DNA of 64,000 nt from assembly GCF_964194025.1 (NCBI RefSeq), contig NC_134480.1, positions 33,666,001 to 33,730,000 of the forward strand, given 5' to 3'. Within the stretch, counting starts at the first letter, position 1. Each line of letters starts with the position of its first letter. A model generated the notes under the pieces. The model did not search any database. It saw only the letters and a list, made by a program, of their open reading frames with translations, and was not told where the DNA came from. The translations under genes were made by a program, and so were the position numbers. The DNA is from Convolutriloba macropyga. Its lineage: Eukaryota. Shown here piece by piece: positions 59,631 through 64,000 of this stretch.

Positions 59631-60335
59631 AATTGCTCTTAGACAAAGTTTGTAGCATTTATATAAGTCCTGTGGTCTTTTTAATGCGATTTTTTACTGG
59701 ACCGAGTTCTCTGGACCCACCCTTTAAACTTTTCGTTCTCCGAAACGGGATAAACAGGTAAAGTTCGGAGGGATTGAAGTAGCTGAGCAGCTCTCTTAGA
59801 GCCTTCCTAGTCTCTAATTATGCGATTCACCGAAACTGTTTTGAGGAGACAACTTCAAGTGTGAAGGGCGGCTGTTAATTTTAAAAGTTTGACCTCCTCA
59901 GTCAACCTATTGCTCAATTTGGCGGATCCCAAAAATTGACAATAAAATGTCTGCTTTTTTTAGACTTTGCAAAAAAAAAACAAATTTTTTTGCATCTTAG
60001 CCTTTTTCCGCCGAGCTTTTTGTCTGCCATTTTTTTGACAAACTCTCAAAACTCAGTGGTCGGGGAACCAATAATTTTTCATCGGTAATGTTTTCCAGAA
60101 ATACTCTTTTGTTGTGTGATTGGTGGGGGGGGGTGGAAAATCATTCCCCATGCTTCTAACCTGCCCAAATTGTTACACTAAGTCAGTGCGCAAGGACGTA
60201 ATGGCTTACACAAATAAAAATAAAAAATTCAAAAATGAACTTTTGAATTTTCTCCACCTTTCGCTAAAGGACTGTCAAAGCCAACCGCTCGCCGGTCGTT
60301 TGCGAGCAATTCGCCCGACGTTCGTCGGTTATGTT
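59631..60335 (+). mobile_element. HINE-like element copy (long internal region)
   Basis: AATTGCTCT 5' end, GTTTGCGAGCAATT (60298-60311), then the hairpin CCGAC-gttc-GTCGG (60315-60328) and TTATGTT. Confidence 0.6.
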
Positions 60336-60653
60336 TATTGGTCTTCAGTACTCCCAAAATGGGTTTTTTGGTTGGTATCTAGATAATTGCGGATATGTTT
60401 TTTGAGACCTATATTTTCGAGACAATTATTAGCCCAATTTGGTTGGTCATTCTATATCCATTCTAGAAATTTTGGCCTTTTTTCAACGTAACCAGATATA
60501 TAAAAAAAAGAATTTATTTCTTGGACATGATTGAATATATGCAGCTATTGGATACATTTCTCATGAAACAAGTGGACTTGCACGGAATCTTGCTGATTCT
60601 CTATTGCAGCAATCCCCATATTTAACTAAGAAACATTGACATTTTCAATTTTA

Positions 60654-63579
60654 CTACATTTCAAACATATAATTTACTAGCTCTTGGTTGTTAATAAGGT
60701 AAGAATCCTTTAACTTATGGTATATATTTTTTAATTCATCACGCGTACTTTTTTCTACGTTTCCAGGTAGCAGATTTAATTCCCTGAGCTTATTATACAG
60801 TTTAGCAGCACGATATTTGATCGAAAATTTTTCAAGTTTTCTCTTGCAGCAAGGTATATTGAGTAATCTTAGCTCGGATTGCCTCGTATTCCTCCTTTTT
60901 TTATTAAATTGAAACATTTCGTTACAATAATTCTCAGAATAAAAATTGCAAATCGATTTAAGAACAAATTTAAGGAGCTCGTAAATATGTAGCTCGTAGA
61001 CTGAGAGAAATCCATGTTTAAGAAACATATCACTGCAACTGTCTGATTTTCGTCGAAAGGATATAAACTTTAACACCTTTTTCTGCAACATAAACAATGG
61101 TAGTAAAGAAGAGTAGCTGCAACAACCATATACAAGAACGCCATATTGAATAATGGGAATCACGTTGCTCGAATAATAGCTTATAAGTTGCAATCTAGGA
61201 ACAAAATGTCTCATTTTAGATACAATTCCACATTGCTTGCTTAGTTTTTTCTTTACATGCTCAATATGGCTAATAAAGGAAAGCTTTGCATCAATTCTAA
61301 CACCAAGATACTTGCACATAGAGTGAGTTTGGACAACTTGATCATCAAACAGATATTCACTTGAATCTATTTTGGAACCAGCAACCAGCATTTTCATTAA
61401 GATAGTCTTTTCAAGGTTAAGTACCAGTTTATTTGATTTCAACCAGTTATTTATCTTCGCAAGTTCGAGACTAATTTCAGCACGGCTGTTTCCTATGGAT
61501 GTAATATTAGTGCCGTCAGCAAACAGCAGGACATTAAGATTACAATTTTGAGGGAGATGGTTAATATATATTAGAAAGAGTAGAGGTCCCAGAGTTGAAC
61601 CTTGTGGTACCCCACAGTTTGAAATTTCCCAATCAGATGACACGTTGTTTAAAAAGCTCTCTGTCTCCTATTTGTTAAATACGATTCAAACCACATTGAG
61701 CATTTCCCCCTGATACCATATCTTTCCAGTTTTTTTAGCAGTAGATTATGATTTATAGTATCGAAAGCTTTCTTCAAGTCCAAAAAGAACGAATTAATAG
61801 CGTTCTCTTTTCCAGAATGACGAATTTTTTCGTTAAGTTCTACGAGCGCATCAATCGTGCTATGCTTGTCTCGAAAACCGAATTGATACTTTGAGAGAAT
61901 TCCTAGTTTTTCGAAATAGCCATATACTCTATTAAAAACTACTTTCTCAAAAATTTTGCTCCAAATCATGAGTAGTGAAATTGGGCGATAGTTATTTTCC
62001 TCCAATTTTGAGCCATCTTTAAATAAAGGAACAATCTTGGCTGTTTTCAGGCTATCTGGAAAAAGGCCTTCGTTGAATGACCGGTTAATCAAATTTGTAA
62101 TTACATTTAAGGTGGCTGGCATTGAGGCTTTTACAATACTGTTACATATTAGGTCATCTCCCGAGGACGACTTATTTTGTAAGCTTCGGTAAACGGATTC
62201 AACTTCACGCTTTGTTGTTGGGAAAAAGAACATGGAGTGAATGCAATTTGGGATATCAACATCATGTGCGGCAGTTAAATGATTGCTAAGTCCTTCACCA
62301 ACGTTTGCAAAGAATTTATTAAAGACATCTGCATTGTTTTTAATTGATAGGAGCTTATAATTTTGTCTACAAGTGTTCAAAAGCGGGGATCATTAAACGT
62401 TTTGGATTTTCCGTTGATGTCATTCAGAAGTTTGTACGTTCTCCTCGAGTCTGTTTGGCAAGCTTGAAACTTATTTTGATAGTACTGCTTTTTTGATTTT
62501 TTGTATTCTTTTTCAAAAGTCAAACGCCACTTTTTAAATTCTTGAAGCTTGGCTTGGTTATGGCAGTCTTTCTTCCACTTTCTATGTGCTTGGTTCCGTT
62601 TTGACCTGATTTTAAGCAAAGATTTATTGAGCCATTTTGGCAGCAGATTTTTCTTGGGTGGGAAATTGCAGATTGGGGCAAATCTATCAGTGACTTTAAG
62701 AAAAGTTTCATTAAAAACATTGAAAGCTTCTGAGCAAGTTGTAGCACTCAGCAATTTTCCACTACACTCCGATATTTCCACCCGGAGAGTTTCTACGTAG
62801 TTTTCTACAGTGCTCGGATTTTTCAGAAAAGCTGTGTTTCGAAACGTAGTTTTACCTTCAGGTTCCAAACAAAGTCCGCATGTTAGAATAATTGGATCGT
62901 GGTCTGAAAAAGTTTGATTTTTTAGAATTTCACAGTTTAACAGATTAATATTTTGATACACGAAATGATCGAGACAAGTGGAACTGGTATCCGTTTCCCT
63001 GGTTGCTGATTTTGCAAAAATTTCATAACCATTAGATGATATACAATTCAGATAGTTTTTTGACAAAGCATTCTCTTGTAATGTATCAATGTTAAAATCA
63101 CCACATATGATTAAAGGAAATGAAGGGGATTGGTTGGCTTCTAGAAAAGTGTTAAGATTATCAACAAATTTCATTTTGTTTTCCCTAGGTTTGTTATAAA
63201 TCACCGCAAGATTTAGTTTTGCCCCAGAGAATTCTATTTCAGCAAAGACAGACTCTTCAAAGTTTATTGATTTTTCTTTCAGAATTTTGCATGAACTTGT
63301 GGTTTGAATCATTACACCACCTCCCCTGGATGTTCTACTCTTCTGGATATGGGATCTAAAACCCGGTAACAGATATTGTTTTATTTCATCATCGTCACAC
63401 AACCAGGTTTCAGTTAGGCAGATAATGTGAGGCAGCTTATCTAAGCTAAAAATAAGAGATTCAAGATCTAGTAGGGGTTTTTTTAATGATCTTACATTGA
63501 GATGAAAAATTATTAAATCTTTCCTTTGCGTGTTAATTTCAGTTTCGTTAAATACCTCTTCTTTCTTTTTACGTTTCAC
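60654..63579 (-). pseudogene. LINE ORF2 (APE endonuclease + RT), frameshifted near 62380 and 61650
   Basis: HLNVRSL, CLTETWL, GDFNID, LDHF, SDHD (endonuclease); [27 protein letters not shown] (RT). The catalytic motif reads FADG instead of FADD. Confidence 0.92.
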
Positions 63580-64000
63580 GAAAGGGCTGATTCGTCCGTT
63601 CTGTATCTGGATTTTGAGGTGGCTTGAAGCACTGTTGGATGTTGATTAAACAATAATTGAGGAACAAACCACCTTCAAATAAGTTGTTGATTCTGTACAT
63701 ATTTCCGTCCATCCACCTGTAGTGTATGACCCCATCACGTATGAACGATGACGAGATCCGTTCGTCACCTTTCATTAATATGAGAAAATTAAGCCTGGGT
63801 TTACTTGCATCTTCAAGTATTGTAACATTGTAGAAAGAGGGGCTTTCTTCTAAGGCACGTTTGTTTTTAAGAACTTCGATTTTCTTGATGCGTCTAGTAA
63901 ATTTTACAATGATTGGTCTGTTCTTGTATCGAGAAGGAAGTCGATGAGCAATTGATATGTCAGTAGCATCAACGTTAACATTTAGGTCAGCTGTTACATC
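63569..64000 (-). CDS. LINE ORF1 (L1-ORF1p-like RRM/CTD region), partial
   Basis: The frame is open from the window end and reads ...TDISIAHRLPSRYKNRPIIVKFTRRIKK...VTILEDASKPR...FIRDGVIHYR. Confidence 0.8.
   Translation of the reverse strand, partial: DVTADLNVNVDATDISIAHRLPSRYKNRPIIVKFTRRIKKIEVLKNKRALEESPSFYNVTILEDASKPRLNFLILMKGDERISSSFIRDGVIHYRWMDGNMYRINNLFEGGLFLNYCLINIQQCFKPPQNPDTERTNQPFRET

Larger units (their letters stand above)
60500..64000 (-). mobile_element. Non-LTR retrotransposon (CR1/L2-group LINE), inactive copy, 5' end beyond the window
   Basis: ORF1 C-terminal part followed by an APE endonuclease-RT ORF2 broken by two frameshifts. The 3' boundary is approximate. Confidence 0.92.

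Overview
AT-rich eukaryotic genomic DNA, most likely from an invertebrate animal (spliceosomal introns, LINEs and a metazoan-type WDR81 gene); the species cannot be fixed from the sequence. The central feature is a young, full-length 13.4-kb Ty3/Gypsy (Metaviridae) LTR element on the - strand (18849-32238). It has 236-bp LTRs differing at one terminal base, a GTTAT target-site duplication, PBS, PPT, gag, -1-frameshifted pol and a class I fusion-type env split by one in-frame UGA. Between env and the 3' LTR lies a 4.2-kb accessory region. This region carries an antisense, apparently intron-containing gene for a JmjC-type Fe(II)/2-oxoglutarate dioxygenase whose catalytic spacing matches KDM2/KDM7 histone demethylases, an antisense small surface-protein ORF, and three short sense ORFs, two of which look like paralogues. 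This is the best candidate for an undescribed system: an enveloped retroelement carrying its own chromatin-modifying, possibly anti-silencing, enzyme. The window also holds nine phase-compatible exons of a host WDR81-like BEACH gene (+, 33460-59201, incomplete at both ends), a tRNA-Trp(CCA), two decayed LINEs, MITEs with 8-bp TSDs, Helentron-associated (HINE-like) repeats, two recent tandem duplications and large degenerate repeat mosaics. All calls are by eye; no database search was run.
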